Virus record (IMG/VR): IMGVR_UViG_3300042892_001063
Location: 1-63,609 of that record
Source of the DNA: a virus
Lineage: Duplodnaviria; Caudoviricetes
Strand: one strand, 5' to 3'
Length of the DNA stretch: 63,609 nt
The notes under the pieces are model-generated. The model was not told the origin of the DNA. It saw only the letters and a list, made by a program, of their open reading frames with translations, and made no database searches. Position 1 is the stretch's first letter. Each line of letters starts with the position of its first letter. Below, one piece after another: positions 37,601 to 47,992 of this stretch. Both the position numbers and the translations under genes were made by a program.

Positions 37601-39463
37601 TTGAATTGAATTTTTATTTGCAGAAGCTCCACAAGGAACAAATTGAGTATTATAAGGACTAACTAACGCTGTAGTTGACCTATTAAATTCATCCATATAT
37701 ACTATTCCAATCTCATATCCTCTATTACTATGTAAACTTGAAGGATTAGATATTTTTTGATATGTAGCGGCAGCAAATAAATAATCATAGTATTCAAATA
37801 CTCTTTGAGTTGGAGTTACTATGTTATCAACATACTCCATTGCAGGTACTTGCAAACCTATTAATTGACTTGATGGAGTTGTTATTATTTTAAATGGTTG
37901 TAAAATAGCGTTTATTCCACTTCCAAATTTAGTAAGAGTGTCTAAATTATTTGGTAATAAACAATTTAATTGGTCTGTAAAAGTTGTTCCATCACAAGCG
38001 GTACTTAAAGGTTGAATATTAGCAATAGTTCCAATTGCTTGAGCAAATTCAGTACTTGTAGCTAACGCATATACTGATGAATAATTTGTAGTTAAATAAA
38101 ATACAAAATCTAAATCTAAAGCATCGGTAGTTTCAACAGGAAAAGGAAGTGCTCCTGTAAACTGAGAGTGCTGAATACTTAAAGTAATTGTTATAGAAGA
38201 ACCTGCTATTAATTCTTTATCAGTTAAATCAATATATAAAATAGAATCTGCAATTGATAAACCCGTAGATGAAGGGTCTATATTATATACCCCTGCTTCA
38301 TAAGTATCTTCAATAGACGATTGACCTATAGCTTCAGAAGTTAAAGATGTTGTATATTCAAGTTTTACTGCGCTTCCATTTTTATCAATTAAATCATATC
38401 CTTCAATATAATTTCCATACATTAATCTATTACCCATTATCGTTTGAGCTTTAGCATAGCGAGGTACATTATCGTAAAGCCTTAAAATTTCAGCTTCATT
38501 TAAAACAGTAAATATTTTACTATTATTAAAAGAAAATTGTTCTATATTATTATTTCCAATACCTAAATTGGCTTTGTTTAATTTCTCTATAATTTTAATT
38601 ATATTCTTGTTTGACTCTTTAAACAATAAATCAATACCAACAACGAGTGGTCCTCCTGAATTATAGTTTATTATAGCAGTATTGCAAGAATTAACCATAC
38701 CTTCATTAAGCATACTATTTATACTAAACTCAAAAGGCTTTGGTATAAATGCGGGTTCAGACCATTGTGATGTAGCGGAGTATTCTCCATCTATATACTT
38801 ATATCTATATGCAAAAGATATAAATCTTGTTTCTAAAAAGTTCTCTTGACCATTAGTTATAATTGGCGTAACAGAAGGGGATTCTGTAGGAGGTTTTTTT
38901 ATTACAAGTAAAGATTCGGCACTTACTTGGTCGATATTTCCAATTGGATTAGGGTATCTATTTCCAATTGGATTTATATTAAAGTATCTTGGAGCATTAT
39001 AGTCATCAGTAAAAAATATTAAATTTTCAATAAGATTTACCCCTGTTATAAGATAAGTAGGATTAAAGTTTAATGTGGTATCTATACCGCCTCCGTTATC
39101 TATACTGATAACGTGGTATGTTAATATAGTTGTTAATATATTGTAAGATACAATTAAATCAAGCTTACCTGTATCTCCAACAGTAAATTCAGGGTCGTGA
39201 ACAAACCAATATATAGTTTCGTTAGCACTATTGTCTATAGCTCCTATACATCTTGCATATTGACTAAGAGGAGTTCCATCAATATATTTTAAAGCGGTTA
39301 GAGGAAGATTCCCCATTGTGTTGGTAATAACTCCTACTTCAGCTTTTTCAGTAGAACCCATTCTAACATTCATAGCATCAACATACTCGCCATCAGGTAA
39401 TAACCGTTGGTCTGTAACTTTGTTCATTCTTCCCGCTAAAAAATTTCTTGAGAAATTTGCCAT
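34619..39463 (-). CDS. Tail stabilisation/nozzle protein (crAss-like/P22 gp10-like)
   Basis: GRMNK.TDQRLLPDGEYVDAMN, FAYRYKY.DGEYS, NRLMYGNY, YGIS.NPES. Confidence 0.7.
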   Translation of the reverse strand: MANFSRNFLAGRMNKVTDQRLLPDGEYVDAMNVRMGSTEKAEVGVITNTMGNLPLTALKYIDGTPLSQYARCIGAIDNSANETIYWFVHDPEFTVGDTGKLDLIVSYNILTTILTYHVISIDNGGGIDTTLNFNPTYLITGVNLIENLIFFTDDYNAPRYFNINPIGNRYPNPIGNIDQVSAESLLVIKKPPTESPSVTPIITNGQENFLETRFISFAYRYKYIDGEYSATSQWSEPAFIPKPFEFSINSMLNEGMVNSCNTAIINYNSGGPLVVGIDLLFKESNKNIIKIIEKLNKANLGIGNNNIEQFSFNNSKIFTVLNEAEILRLYDNVPRYAKAQTIMGNRLMYGNYIEGYDLIDKNGSAVKLEYTTSLTSEAIGQSSIEDTYEAGVYNIDPSSTGLSIADSILYIDLTDKELIAGSSITITLSIQHSQFTGALPFPVETTDALDLDFVFYLTTNYSSVYALATSTEFAQAIGTIANIQPLSTACDGTTFTDQLNCLLPNNLDTLTKFGSGINAILQPFKIITTPSSQLIGLQVPAMEYVDNIVTPTQRVFEYYDYLFAAATYQKISNPSSLHSNRGYEIGIVYMDEFNRSTTALVSPYNTQFVPCGASANKNSIQITIPFEQRPPEWATRYKFVIKPDAENYETIYSNIFFTDPDTNDVWFLLEGDNMRKVEEGDRLIVKADTSGPSQNCAYATVLEKVSQAADFIVPKENTTVLAGLYIKMNPSTFNLVVDPNATIQPGMFSDYTSISNRTTCGVIQYPMNLTREVGYDPLHPLWTYEDYSIPSGSRVKFYAKGDRAGGRSKCECNGTLWEATYTASRDYDNMYDWFVGDNIASTLDNPVITVCGGATLEFQTGLGAPSCQFNTQYLRFNRDNTTNRLWLSYTAGWACSGAGANFRRYFIDMNVQVFRAINTIIWETQPSDALPDIFFENNLSLAIDSEGNHEGNIQNQDIIGGISAIIDTGFYNCYAFGNGAESYKIRDSLLGRSFNFGERVTTVAAQDYKSADKFSDITYSGIYNGESNINRLNEFNKGLSNYKHCEASFGSIMLLDGRNTDVLTLQEDKISYVLAGKNLLSDASSGGIITATPEVLGTQIARTEKYGISFNPESYVQWGFDRFFTDAKRGSVIQLKGGESQNEQLIAVSNQNMRTWFRDKFNDSFNYQKLGGFDPYMNEYVLSMNAEQLPINPQCLACGTSQTFTLSVTNEEYKEQVYCVDLGPTVGFTNVSWIFSSIESGKTLEVIVDYNGTQVTSTPINTDGQITFNKNNVSVETAQITLKYTGDMVVSVNAECCNAEALNIVEVVLTNNSQAGETVHTQYRYTNGLFIGPLLSNLVLFGSGTASPLVSRYNITSGFAGEGGFPPEFSTMSLISNTIFPDDFVFIPSNYKFRYNRSNILYPNTNIGIQTLLASSSIATPNLGSTPSYHADFTVPASVNGDNLYLIWDFRVAIPTDLCYGTTRVDACCDCTVGSYYLDAEINSATSVWTSSDLDTFAANGFYSANGIVRELVDGILLPQQACTPCAVAVSLCFGIDAIDVCCYCETTCTTPYNLYLVSNPNAFQINVSFYDENGILNTNTLAASATNASYCSIGSPFSEEEIIIVYDSCDCIT

Positions 39464-39464
39464 A

Positions 39465-40388
39465 TTATTTGATTATCTTGTCCATACCTCTTAAATTCAT
39501 TAAGAGTCTTCCCGGATGAATATTACTAATTCTTATTTTTGCATTTCTTAATAATGCAGTTCTATCTTTTCTTGCACGTGCAACTACATATTCTTGGACA
39601 TTAAATTTAGAATTTAATATTTCATATTTAATTGCAGCATAAATATATTGCTCGAATAATTTATTTACAGTAATCAATGAGTTATCCCCACCTTCCATAC
39701 CATCAGATACATATTCAAGAATACAAAGCTCTCCTGCCATACTTGAATCAAAATTTATAACTCCTGCTTTCTTGTCAATTTTAAAAGTAGGGTTAAAATT
39801 TGCTGTCTCTGTATTTAAACCAAATGCTGTATTGATTCCATAATCAAAATACCACATACCTTCAAAATACCAACCTTCTGAACCGTGAAATTGATTTCCT
39901 TGATTAAGATAGATGCTCTTTTTTAATTTAGTTAATCTATCGTAGTCAATATCAGAGTATTGTGGTCTAAGAATATTCCCATTTTGGTCAAACAAAATAT
40001 TTCCTTGTTGGTCCTGTAGATATGCATTAGAAGATATTGCTTGAATATTCTCTGTCAATGGTCTCAACCAACCATCTTTGTATAAAGAAATACGAACCCA
40101 ATTCACATAATCCGATGGAAGTACATATCGTAAAGAATCAGCCACGCTTAACTCTAATACCTTGATTTCCTTGAACGCATCATAATTAAGCTCTTGTATC
40201 GCACGTTTTGCGTGAAATATTACTTTATAGCGTTCCTCATTATTTACTAATGAATGGTTTCCTGAGTACATTAATAAAAAATTATTAACTACATCATCTA
40301 AACTGACATATTGGTATGAACCCCAATTTGCATCTTGTGGGGTAGCTCCATTATTGTCATAATATTCGTATTGTGATATGTATGCCAT
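39465..40388 (-). CDS. Tail ring/adaptor protein
   Basis: LPSDYVNWVRI, LEYVSDG; position in the tail module. Confidence 0.6.
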   Translation of the reverse strand: MAYISQYEYYDNNGATPQDANWGSYQYVSLDDVVNNFLLMYSGNHSLVNNEERYKVIFHAKRAIQELNYDAFKEIKVLELSVADSLRYVLPSDYVNWVRISLYKDGWLRPLTENIQAISSNAYLQDQQGNILFDQNGNILRPQYSDIDYDRLTKLKKSIYLNQGNQFHGSEGWYFEGMWYFDYGINTAFGLNTETANFNPTFKIDKKAGVINFDSSMAGELCILEYVSDGMEGGDNSLITVNKLFEQYIYAAIKYEILNSKFNVQEYVVARARKDRTALLRNAKIRISNIHPGRLLMNLRGMDKIIK

Positions 40389-40400
40389 TTTTTATTATTT

Positions 40401-41351
40401 TTATTGTTGAACACTAAATGTAGGCTGCTCGTGTGCTTGTTGAGTCATACCAAACTGAGTAATCTCCATTTCACGAATTTCAATACCACAGTATTCTAAC
40501 ATCTTCGTTACTAATTTATATCCATCTTCGTTTGGTAACTCAAAGTCTTGATAATCAGGTTGTGATTGGTCAAATACAGGTTCTCCATTTGCCAATGTAA
40601 TGTAAGTCCATTTTGGAGTTTTTGGAAATCTAAAATACACTGCCTCAACTTTACCTTTTGCATTTATTGTGTTTGGATATAATTTAAGTGTCTGACCCTC
40701 CATAGTATATGACGGATAAAATTCAGAAGGACTTGTAAGAGATGATGCGTTTAGCATTGTTATTTTACCAACACTTACTTTGTCAGCTTCTTTTGAAGCA
40801 CTTGAGTAGATGTTATACGCCTGACTTGTGACAAGAAAAATATCCGAGCTTAAAGTTAAAGATGTATTTGAAATGATGTTTACGATGGTAGCTATTTTAC
40901 CTGTAGTTTCGTTTACTACAATATCTCCAACAGATAATCCATCGGATAAAAAAGTAGCGGTAGCATCATTTAACGTATTTAAAACCACAGTTCCATTAAC
41001 TCCTGATGTCAATTTTTTTGTATGACAAAGTAATTTAAGTATGTAATAAGAGTCATTTCCAACTGTAGTTAATGTAGGTACAGAGTATATGTTACCTCCT
41101 AAGTGAGCTAAGTAATCTGTTTTTAAAAAAGTCTCTAATGTTTCAGCAATAGGACTTTCAATATCAGCGTAGTCAGTTCCTGAGCTACGTGCATTTTCTG
41201 CATTTATAGTTTTATTGTAACTGCTATAATATTCTTCATATAATTCCATTTGTGCATTTGCAGCAATCAAATTAAAATCTGATGGAGAAATATATCCATA
41301 ATTGTTCTTATTCAATATAGATAACACCGCATTTCTAACTTCGTTTATCAT
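40401..41351 (-). CDS. Tail tubular/adaptor protein
   Basis: ILNKNNYGYISPSDFN...YFRFPKTPKW...DFEL; start moved to 41351 because the longer ORF crosses a terminator and promoter. Confidence 0.6.
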   Translation of the reverse strand: MINEVRNAVLSILNKNNYGYISPSDFNLIAANAQMELYEEYYSSYNKTINAENARSSGTDYADIESPIAETLETFLKTDYLAHLGGNIYSVPTLTTVGNDSYYILKLLCHTKKLTSGVNGTVVLNTLNDATATFLSDGLSVGDIVVNETTGKIATIVNIISNTSLTLSSDIFLVTSQAYNIYSSASKEADKVSVGKITMLNASSLTSPSEFYPSYTMEGQTLKLYPNTINAKGKVEAVYFRFPKTPKWTYITLANGEPVFDQSQPDYQDFELPNEDGYKLVTKMLEYCGIEIREMEITQFGMTQQAHEQPTFSVQQ

Positions 41352-41365
41352 TTCAAATCTTTTTA

Positions 41366-41373
41366 CAAATATA
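41366..41373 (-). promoter_or_regulatory. -7 promoter element (TATATTTG)
   Basis: CAAATATA on + strand. Confidence 0.5.
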
Positions 41374-41375
41374 GT

Positions 41376-41405
41376 AAAAAAAAAGCACAGAACTAAATCT
41401 GTGCT
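41376..41405 (-). terminator. Rho-independent terminator
   Basis: AGCACAGA...TCTGTGCT followed by a T run on the - strand. Confidence 0.8.
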
Positions 41406-41429
41406 AATTTTCAAATAATATGTTTTTAC

Positions 41430-42173
41430 TTATCGTTGTATGTTTGCTTCTAACATTTTTAGAGAGTCAATACCTTCATCACTTGATAAAAAGTGACCCG
41501 CTGTTTCATAAGGGTCTTCCCCGTATGGAATAGAAATCATTTTCTTTCTATTTGTTGGAGTATTAAACCAAACCTCTCTATCGTTATTACGTAATCCTAA
41601 TAATTTTTCCTCAAAGAATAATCTGATTTTTGCTTGGTATTGCAATTCAGGGTCATTCAATGTAGTCAGGAATCCTCTTGGGTCATTTTTAGCAAACACT
41701 AATATATCTCGTTTTAATTCTGCTGTTGAAATTGTTGAAGGGTCTTTACCAAACATCACTCTAGTAAGAGTTTCAACTTGCTCAAGAGAAAGTTTTCTCG
41801 CCTCAACTAACGCATCAATTTCAAGGTCTAAATCCTCTACTTCTGAAGCTGCATCTTTCTCCTCATCTACCTCAACAAAAACTCTCCCGTTCAAAGGATG
41901 ATAATGTAAGAAAGCTTGTAGTGCAGGATTTGTTCTTGGAACAGCTAAAAAGCCATCTTCAAAAATAATTGGCTCAATGATTGCATTACCATCTTGTTCG
42001 TCTTCAAATGGAGACTTTTGATTTATTGCATATCTAAGAGCACGGTTTTCATTCTTTTTTTCATCATACCACATTAGGGGGAATCGTGGATTATTTCTTG
42101 CCGCTAAGCTATATGAAAGCGGACTACCTATTGTCAATCTATATACTTTATCTACTGAAACTATTGTTGCCAT
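41430..42173 (-). CDS. Head-associated hypothetical protein
   Basis: 247 aa directly after the capsid gene. Confidence 0.6.
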   Translation of the reverse strand: MATIVSVDKVYRLTIGSPLSYSLAARNNPRFPLMWYDEKKNENRALRYAINQKSPFEDEQDGNAIIEPIIFEDGFLAVPRTNPALQAFLHYHPLNGRVFVEVDEEKDAASEVEDLDLEIDALVEARKLSLEQVETLTRVMFGKDPSTISTAELKRDILVFAKNDPRGFLTTLNDPELQYQAKIRLFFEEKLLGLRNNDREVWFNTPTNRKKMISIPYGEDPYETAGHFLSSDEGIDSLKMLEANIQR

Positions 42174-42209
42174 TTTATTATAATTTAATTTGATTTAATT
42201 GTTTTTTTT

Positions 42210-42250
42210 AAAAAAATATAGAGAGGAACACTGATGTCCCTCTCTTATAT
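42210..42250 (-). terminator. Rho-independent terminator after the capsid gene
   Basis: AGAGAGGGACA...TGTTCCTCTCT then a T run on the - strand. Confidence 0.75.
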
Positions 42251-42262
42251 TTAAACTATCTA

Positions 42263-43681
42263 CTATCCGTAACGGAATAATACGAAGTTATTTGCACCAA
42301 GAGTACATACACATCTTTCAGATAAGAAGTTAACCTCCATTGCATCCAAGTCGCTTGTGGCAGCACCACCCGCAGAACCTGTAATCCAAGTTTTGTATCT
42401 TCTATCCTCAGCCTCAGATGCACGGTATCTCACGTGTAAGAAAGGTCGTTTTGCGTTTTTACCCATAATTTGGTCATACACTGAAGTAGAACCGGCAGGA
42501 ACCATAAGACCTGTAATTGTACCTGTCGCAGTACCTGCGGTAGTATTCAATCCACCTCTCATAGTTGGGTCATTTAGATATTTCCAATCAGATTTGTAGA
42601 AATCATAACCTCTACGGAATCCTGTGAAACCTAAATTAAGAGCCATATTCACATCATTATCGAATAAACCATAAGATGCAGCACCTGAAGCAGAAGTTCC
42701 ATTGTACCCGTTCAAAGTAGCCAACATATTGTCAATGTCGAAACTTAAACCTCTATTTACGAAAACAACGTTTTCTTCAATAGCTCCTTGTTTGTCCAAA
42801 CGAGAAACGATAGAATCCCAATCAGATAAAGAAGTTGGTGTACCACCACCCCATACGTTACCTCTGTTGTTTACAACATAGAAGATACCTTGAGACCCGA
42901 TGTAACCTGCTGTTTGAGCACCACCACCTGTAGCGGCAGGAACTGCTTCAATCATTGCAGTTTCGATGTAGTCTTCAAAACGTAAACGAGTTTCGTGCTC
43001 TGATTTCAAATACCACAAGTAACCTGTAGCACCGTTCTCAGTAGTAACTTCAACCCATCCGATTTGAGCCATATCAGACCCATTAACCGCATATTTATCT
43101 TTTAAGATAATAGGGTTGTTGCTGTAGATGTCATCTTCAGCTTCCAAAGAACCAACCATTCCGTTAGTACCTTTTTTGAACTCAGAACCATAAATGAATA
43201 CAGTACAAGCAGTAGATACAGCAAAAGATTGTCCTGTTGCCTCGTAGTAAGCTACTGTGAAAGTAGTTGCTGAAGGAACCGCAGTAACGATTGCTTTGTT
43301 GAAAACACCTGATGCATTGTTTTGAATCATTAATGTTTGTCCAACTCTAATTGCGATGTAAGTAACACCTGAATCAGCTACCGTAAAAGTTGCTGTGTTA
43401 GCGTTAATTGCTCCCGCAGAAGTACAGCTTGTGTACTTAATGTGAAGACGACCTTGTTCTGCCCATTTGATTTGGTCAGAGTTAGAAGGCATCTCTGCAC
43501 CTACCATTCTCAAGAATGATGCGATGGTTCTATTACCATAACGCTCGAACTCTTTTTCGTAAGTATCAGGAAGATACTGATTCAAAAAGTTAAAGTTGGT
43601 AATATAGTTTGTCTGTAACGCTACTTGCTCCGCTGACGGTTGTAATGCATAAGTAGGCGTTCCTAATAAGCCATTTGCCAT
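42263..43681 (-). CDS. Major capsid protein
   Basis: 472 aa after the scaffold gene; IKWAEQGRLH; followed by a terminator. Confidence 0.8.
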   Translation of the reverse strand: MANGLLGTPTYALQPSAEQVALQTNYITNFNFLNQYLPDTYEKEFERYGNRTIASFLRMVGAEMPSNSDQIKWAEQGRLHIKYTSCTSAGAINANTATFTVADSGVTYIAIRVGQTLMIQNNASGVFNKAIVTAVPSATTFTVAYYEATGQSFAVSTACTVFIYGSEFKKGTNGMVGSLEAEDDIYSNNPIILKDKYAVNGSDMAQIGWVEVTTENGATGYLWYLKSEHETRLRFEDYIETAMIEAVPAATGGGAQTAGYIGSQGIFYVVNNRGNVWGGGTPTSLSDWDSIVSRLDKQGAIEENVVFVNRGLSFDIDNMLATLNGYNGTSASGAASYGLFDNDVNMALNLGFTGFRRGYDFYKSDWKYLNDPTMRGGLNTTAGTATGTITGLMVPAGSTSVYDQIMGKNAKRPFLHVRYRASEAEDRRYKTWITGSAGGAATSDLDAMEVNFLSERCVCTLGANNFVLFRYG

Positions 43682-43703
43682 TTTAATTAATTTTTAATTG
43701 TTT

Positions 43704-44831
43704 TTAAACTCTTTTTATACTGCGAATTTTTAGACCTTTACCCGAATCAGGATTTATCGCTTTTACCTGCATTCCATCCGTTGATTTTGTAACTTGAGGA
43801 ACTCTGTTTTCAGACATTTGAATATTTTTAATGCCTTTCATAGTACCCTCTGTCGCATCTGCTTGCCCTTGTTCATAAAAGAACTTTGCAAACCTCTCAG
43901 GATTCATAGCTACAGCTAATGACCTATGATAACCTGACGCATCTTTAATCAACCCTTGCTCATCTAAAAACTTGTTAATAAAGTTTGCAGGTGTGGCTTG
44001 AGCTTTCTTAAGTTCGTTGGCATCTCCGGGATTGAAAGTGATTCGTTTATCATTAACATTGAACTCAAAACCTTTGAACTCTCCGCTAAATACTTCATCA
44101 GACTTTTGGTTAAACCAACTTCTTTTTCTTTCATTCTCTTCTTCAACAGTCTTCGCTTGCTTAGTATATTGCTTATAGCTTTCATAAATTTCTTTTTCCT
44201 CATCAGGAACAAATGCGGTACTTGACTCAAGTGGCACTTTATACTGTTCTTTTTGATTATTAAAAAATTTCTTTGCTTCAGCAACAGCCTTTTTAGTTGT
44301 AATCTTAATTCTTTTAATATGCGTATCATCATCGATGTCTTCATCGTAACGATAATCATCCATCAAAGAATCAATATCATCTTCATCAAGCCCCTCTTGA
44401 GTGGCTGATAAATAACTTTTAAGTAACTTTTCAGGTTCCATAGAATCAAAATCTTTTTTAAGACTTAAAAAATCCTCGAACCCCCTTCCGGTTTCTTTTT
44501 TATATTTCATATAAGCAGCCACATCTTCAGGTAAAGCCTCAGCTTCCTGTCTCTCTGACATTAACTCATCAAATGAATTAATTTTCTTATTATATCTTTT
44601 TCCAATATATGAAAGAACTTGGTCATCATCTAACTCAGGAGCTTTATATTCTTCTTGAACTTGAACAGATTCTTGAACTTGAATAGGTTCTTCAATTTGA
44701 ATTTGAATAGGCTCTTTACCTTGTTCTCTAACATCTTGAAATTGTTGCTCGTGTTTATCAAGTAATTCTTGTTCAACTTGAGCAGTACCTTTTTCTTCTA
44801 TACCATCTAATACTCTGACTTTCATTTCCAT
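43704..44831 (-). CDS. Scaffolding protein
   Basis: Acidic, helical; between portal and capsid. Confidence 0.65.
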   Translation of the reverse strand: MEMKVRVLDGIEEKGTAQVEQELLDKHEQQFQDVREQGKEPIQIQIEEPIQVQESVQVQEEYKAPELDDDQVLSYIGKRYNKKINSFDELMSERQEAEALPEDVAAYMKYKKETGRGFEDFLSLKKDFDSMEPEKLLKSYLSATQEGLDEDDIDSLMDDYRYDEDIDDDTHIKRIKITTKKAVAEAKKFFNNQKEQYKVPLESSTAFVPDEEKEIYESYKQYTKQAKTVEEENERKRSWFNQKSDEVFSGEFKGFEFNVNDKRITFNPGDANELKKAQATPANFINKFLDEQGLIKDASGYHRSLAVAMNPERFAKFFYEQGQADATEGTMKGIKNIQMSENRVPQVTKSTDGMQVKAINPDSGKGLKIRSIKRV

Positions 44832-44863
44832 TTGATTTGATTTTAATTTGATTTAATTTTTTA

Positions 44864-44871
44864 CAAAGCTA
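44864..44871 (-). promoter_or_regulatory. -7 promoter element (TAGCTTTG)
   Basis: CAAAGCTA on + strand upstream of the scaffold gene. Confidence 0.55.
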
Positions 44872-44890
44872 TACAATTTTTTTGACATTA

Positions 44891-47326
44891 TTAACGTGGC
44901 TCAAATTCAGATAAATCAAAGCCATCTAAACTATCTTCGTTTGATTCAAAATTCAATGGTGGAAGGTTGTTTTTACGTTGGTCTATTAATTTCGATTGCT
45001 CTGTATTTTGTTGACTAATACGCTTAGCCTTAGCTACTTCTCTATCTTGCTCACGTTTATCTAACGTACCCATTTCCATTCCGTGAAGCTTCTCGTTATA
45101 CATAAACTCTTCAGCCATTAAATGTGATTTTAACTCAGCTTGAACTTGCATAATCTTAATATCATACTCAGCCTCCATCTGTTTTAACTGCATTTTTGTC
45201 TGCAATTCAGCTTGCATTTTCTGTATAGCAGTCTGTCCTGCCATTTGTTGAGATTGTAATTGCTGCTGAGCCATCATAGCTTGTTTTTGCATTTCCATTT
45301 TTTCTTCTCTATCTTGCTTCTTAACTCTTTTTTGTTTTAACAATTGATTTGCAAGTTTAAGATTTCTGATTTCACGAATATCAATAGCGTCTTCAAGATT
45401 AATATCTCCTTTAGATAAAGCCATTTGAATGTTTCCTTCAAGTTGTGCTTTTTGCTCTTCGTCAGGCGCAACTTCAATAAATATACCAAAGTCATAAATA
45501 TAAAGGTCTGCTATATCTTTCAATATAGAAACATTATATTTACCTATCTGATTAATAAATTCATCTTTAAAATCAGAGTATTCTAAAATATCTCCAATTC
45601 TATAAGTCAATGCTTCTGCCATTGAACGATAAATATATAAACCACCCTCAAGTATATGACGAGTAGCTGTGTTTGAATTTAAAGCTGCTAACTTCTGTAA
45701 TCCAACTAATGAATTAGGGTCAGGAGTCGAGCCATCTCTTGCTTCATTAAGTCCTGTTACAGTTCTAATCATATCCATATAGTGATTATAATTAGCTATA
45801 AGCATTTGTGTCTTACCTGTTCCTGCATTAGAACTTAATTGAGTAATAGGTATTTTAGCATTATTAAAATCCCCATCCCCTGTAAAACTTCTACCGATAA
45901 CAGAACCTGTTTGGAAGTATAGTCTTAGAGCATCTTCAGGATTATATGCTGCTCCATTGCCTAAGTCAACTTCATTAAGCCCGTCTGCATCAATAAACAC
46001 ACCATCAGGTACAACACGATTAATTACTTGTTGCAGTTTTAAATGCGTAATTTGAATAAGGTCAGCAAAAGGTATCATTCTACGAACTGTAGATTCAATA
46101 GCTCCTTTATACATACGAGGTGCTGATGCGATGTAATTTGGCAATGCGTGTTGAGTAGCTGATTTTGGTCTTACCATATTCTCAGACAATCTCCATTGTA
46201 AAAGTATATTAGTTCCCATAACCATAATTCCTTCGTACCAAACATCGATAGTCTTTTCAATCTTTTCAAAATTACCTTCTTCCATCATCTCGCTTGGAGG
46301 ATTGAAAGTATCGTCTTTTGCTATAAGTCGAGAGCCACCATTATCAAGTATCTTTTTCTTGTAAACTATTTTCTTAGTAGTCTTGTAGTTAAAATACATT
46401 AATGTACAAGTATCTCTTGAGAATACACTATTCTCATAAAATTGAGCTACATTAAAATAATCATACCAACCTTGACTATATTGAGTAATTTCTTGTAAAT
46501 CGTCTTTTGTAAGATTTTGGTCAATCTTCATTAATTCAGTAATCGCCATAGTTTTGATTTCTCCCCAATAGAAACAATCTCTAAAGTAAGGGTCTTCAGT
46601 ATAACTATATACTACATTTGCAGGGTCAACATAAGAAATCTTAACTCCTGTTCCTTGAAGAAACTCGTGCTTTGCTATAGATATACCGAGAACAGTGGCA
46701 TCATAATCAAGTCTTTTACGAATATCATCGTAATGATTTTCATCAAACATTGTATTTATGGCAGTCTCTTCAGCAATCTCAATTGCAGGTTTATAATTAA
46801 GCTGCATATACAATGATAATTCTTCATCTGTTTCAGGAAGTTTATCAGGGTCCATTGTAAAGGCATTAACTCCCGACTTTTCTTTTATGATTTTTAATTC
46901 AGGTTTTGCAAGCATTTGACCTTCAATTGAATCTTGATACTTACTTCTTTTAGATTGAGACATAGCGTCTTGCGCATATACCTTAACTTTAAATAATCTA
47001 TCAGACATTCCATTAACAACAATGTCAACGAACTTAGGGATAACAGGAACCGGAGTCCAATCTAAATTTAGATATGATAAATCTCCATCAATAGCCAATT
47101 CATTTTTATATTTAGCAACTGATTGCTCTCCTCTTGCATAAAGTCTAAGTCTGTGAAATTCTTTCCATTGACCATAATATCTACAATTATTTCCATCCTT
47201 TCTAAACCATTCGTAAGAAATTGCATTTCCCACTAACAAACCAAACTCCTGAGATGCTTTTTCTGTATCAGTAGCTAATTGGCTTGGGAAAGAAGCTGCC
47301 TTTATGTCTATTACTATATTCTTCAT
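44891..47326 (-). CDS. Portal protein
   Basis: 811 aa after terL; PVIPKFVDIVVNG, TGLNEARDG, Gln-rich coiled-coil tail. Confidence 0.8.
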   Translation of the reverse strand: MKNIVIDIKAASFPSQLATDTEKASQEFGLLVGNAISYEWFRKDGNNCRYYGQWKEFHRLRLYARGEQSVAKYKNELAIDGDLSYLNLDWTPVPVIPKFVDIVVNGMSDRLFKVKVYAQDAMSQSKRSKYQDSIEGQMLAKPELKIIKEKSGVNAFTMDPDKLPETDEELSLYMQLNYKPAIEIAEETAINTMFDENHYDDIRKRLDYDATVLGISIAKHEFLQGTGVKISYVDPANVVYSYTEDPYFRDCFYWGEIKTMAITELMKIDQNLTKDDLQEITQYSQGWYDYFNVAQFYENSVFSRDTCTLMYFNYKTTKKIVYKKKILDNGGSRLIAKDDTFNPPSEMMEEGNFEKIEKTIDVWYEGIMVMGTNILLQWRLSENMVRPKSATQHALPNYIASAPRMYKGAIESTVRRMIPFADLIQITHLKLQQVINRVVPDGVFIDADGLNEVDLGNGAAYNPEDALRLYFQTGSVIGRSFTGDGDFNNAKIPITQLSSNAGTGKTQMLIANYNHYMDMIRTVTGLNEARDGSTPDPNSLVGLQKLAALNSNTATRHILEGGLYIYRSMAEALTYRIGDILEYSDFKDEFINQIGKYNVSILKDIADLYIYDFGIFIEVAPDEEQKAQLEGNIQMALSKGDINLEDAIDIREIRNLKLANQLLKQKRVKKQDREEKMEMQKQAMMAQQQLQSQQMAGQTAIQKMQAELQTKMQLKQMEAEYDIKIMQVQAELKSHLMAEEFMYNEKLHGMEMGTLDKREQDREVAKAKRISQQNTEQSKLIDQRKNNLPPLNFESNEDSLDGFDLSEFEPR

Positions 47327-47329
47327 ATT

Positions 47330-47992
47330 TTATATGTGTTTCCAAGTTTTTCTATTAACAATACATAGTATGTTAGTTTTAGATACATTAAAAATTTTAC
47401 ATAATTTTCTTGAACTAATTTTTTTATTATGTAACGTTCTAATTTCTAAAACATCTGAATCAGTTAATTTTGAAGATAAACTATTTTCTCCTCTATTAGC
47501 AGACTCTTTCATTTTTTCTTTTGTTTCTTCAGATGCTTTCTTACCCCAATTAATATTCTTTTCTCCTAATTGAGCTTCAGACATTTTCTTTTTTGTTTCT
47601 TCAGAAACTTTTTTTCCTTTATGAAATTTAGATATTGTATTTCTATGTTCTTCCGATATGATTTTTCCTATATTCGGAATGCTCATTTTTATTTTAGCTT
47701 CTTCTGTATGCTTTATTCCCAATACTCCATCTCCTCCTAAAGTAATATTACATAATGTTCCGCCATCTATTTTTCTTTTATGTAAGGATATAAATTCAAT
47801 TTCCTTTTGTTTAGCATATTCATATTCTATTTCATCAAATAAAATTTCTACTTCATAATCAGTTTTACCAATTATATTATTCCAATGAATATTTCTATGC
47901 GTTTTAGAATATGCTCTTTTAATATCTTTTGCTATTCCTATATAAAATGGAACATTTAAGTCTTTTCTTATGTGCCTATATACGTATGCCAT
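47330..47992 (-). mobile_element. Free-standing GIY-YIG-type homing endonuclease with NUMOD3 repeats
   Basis: YVYRH...FYIG, NITLGGDG, HTEEAKIKMS / SEETKKKMS repeats, C-terminal HTH. Confidence 0.85.

Noticed and set aside
47330-47992. Group I intron interrupting terL or portal
   Set aside because: Both neighbours look complete and there is no flanking space for an intron core
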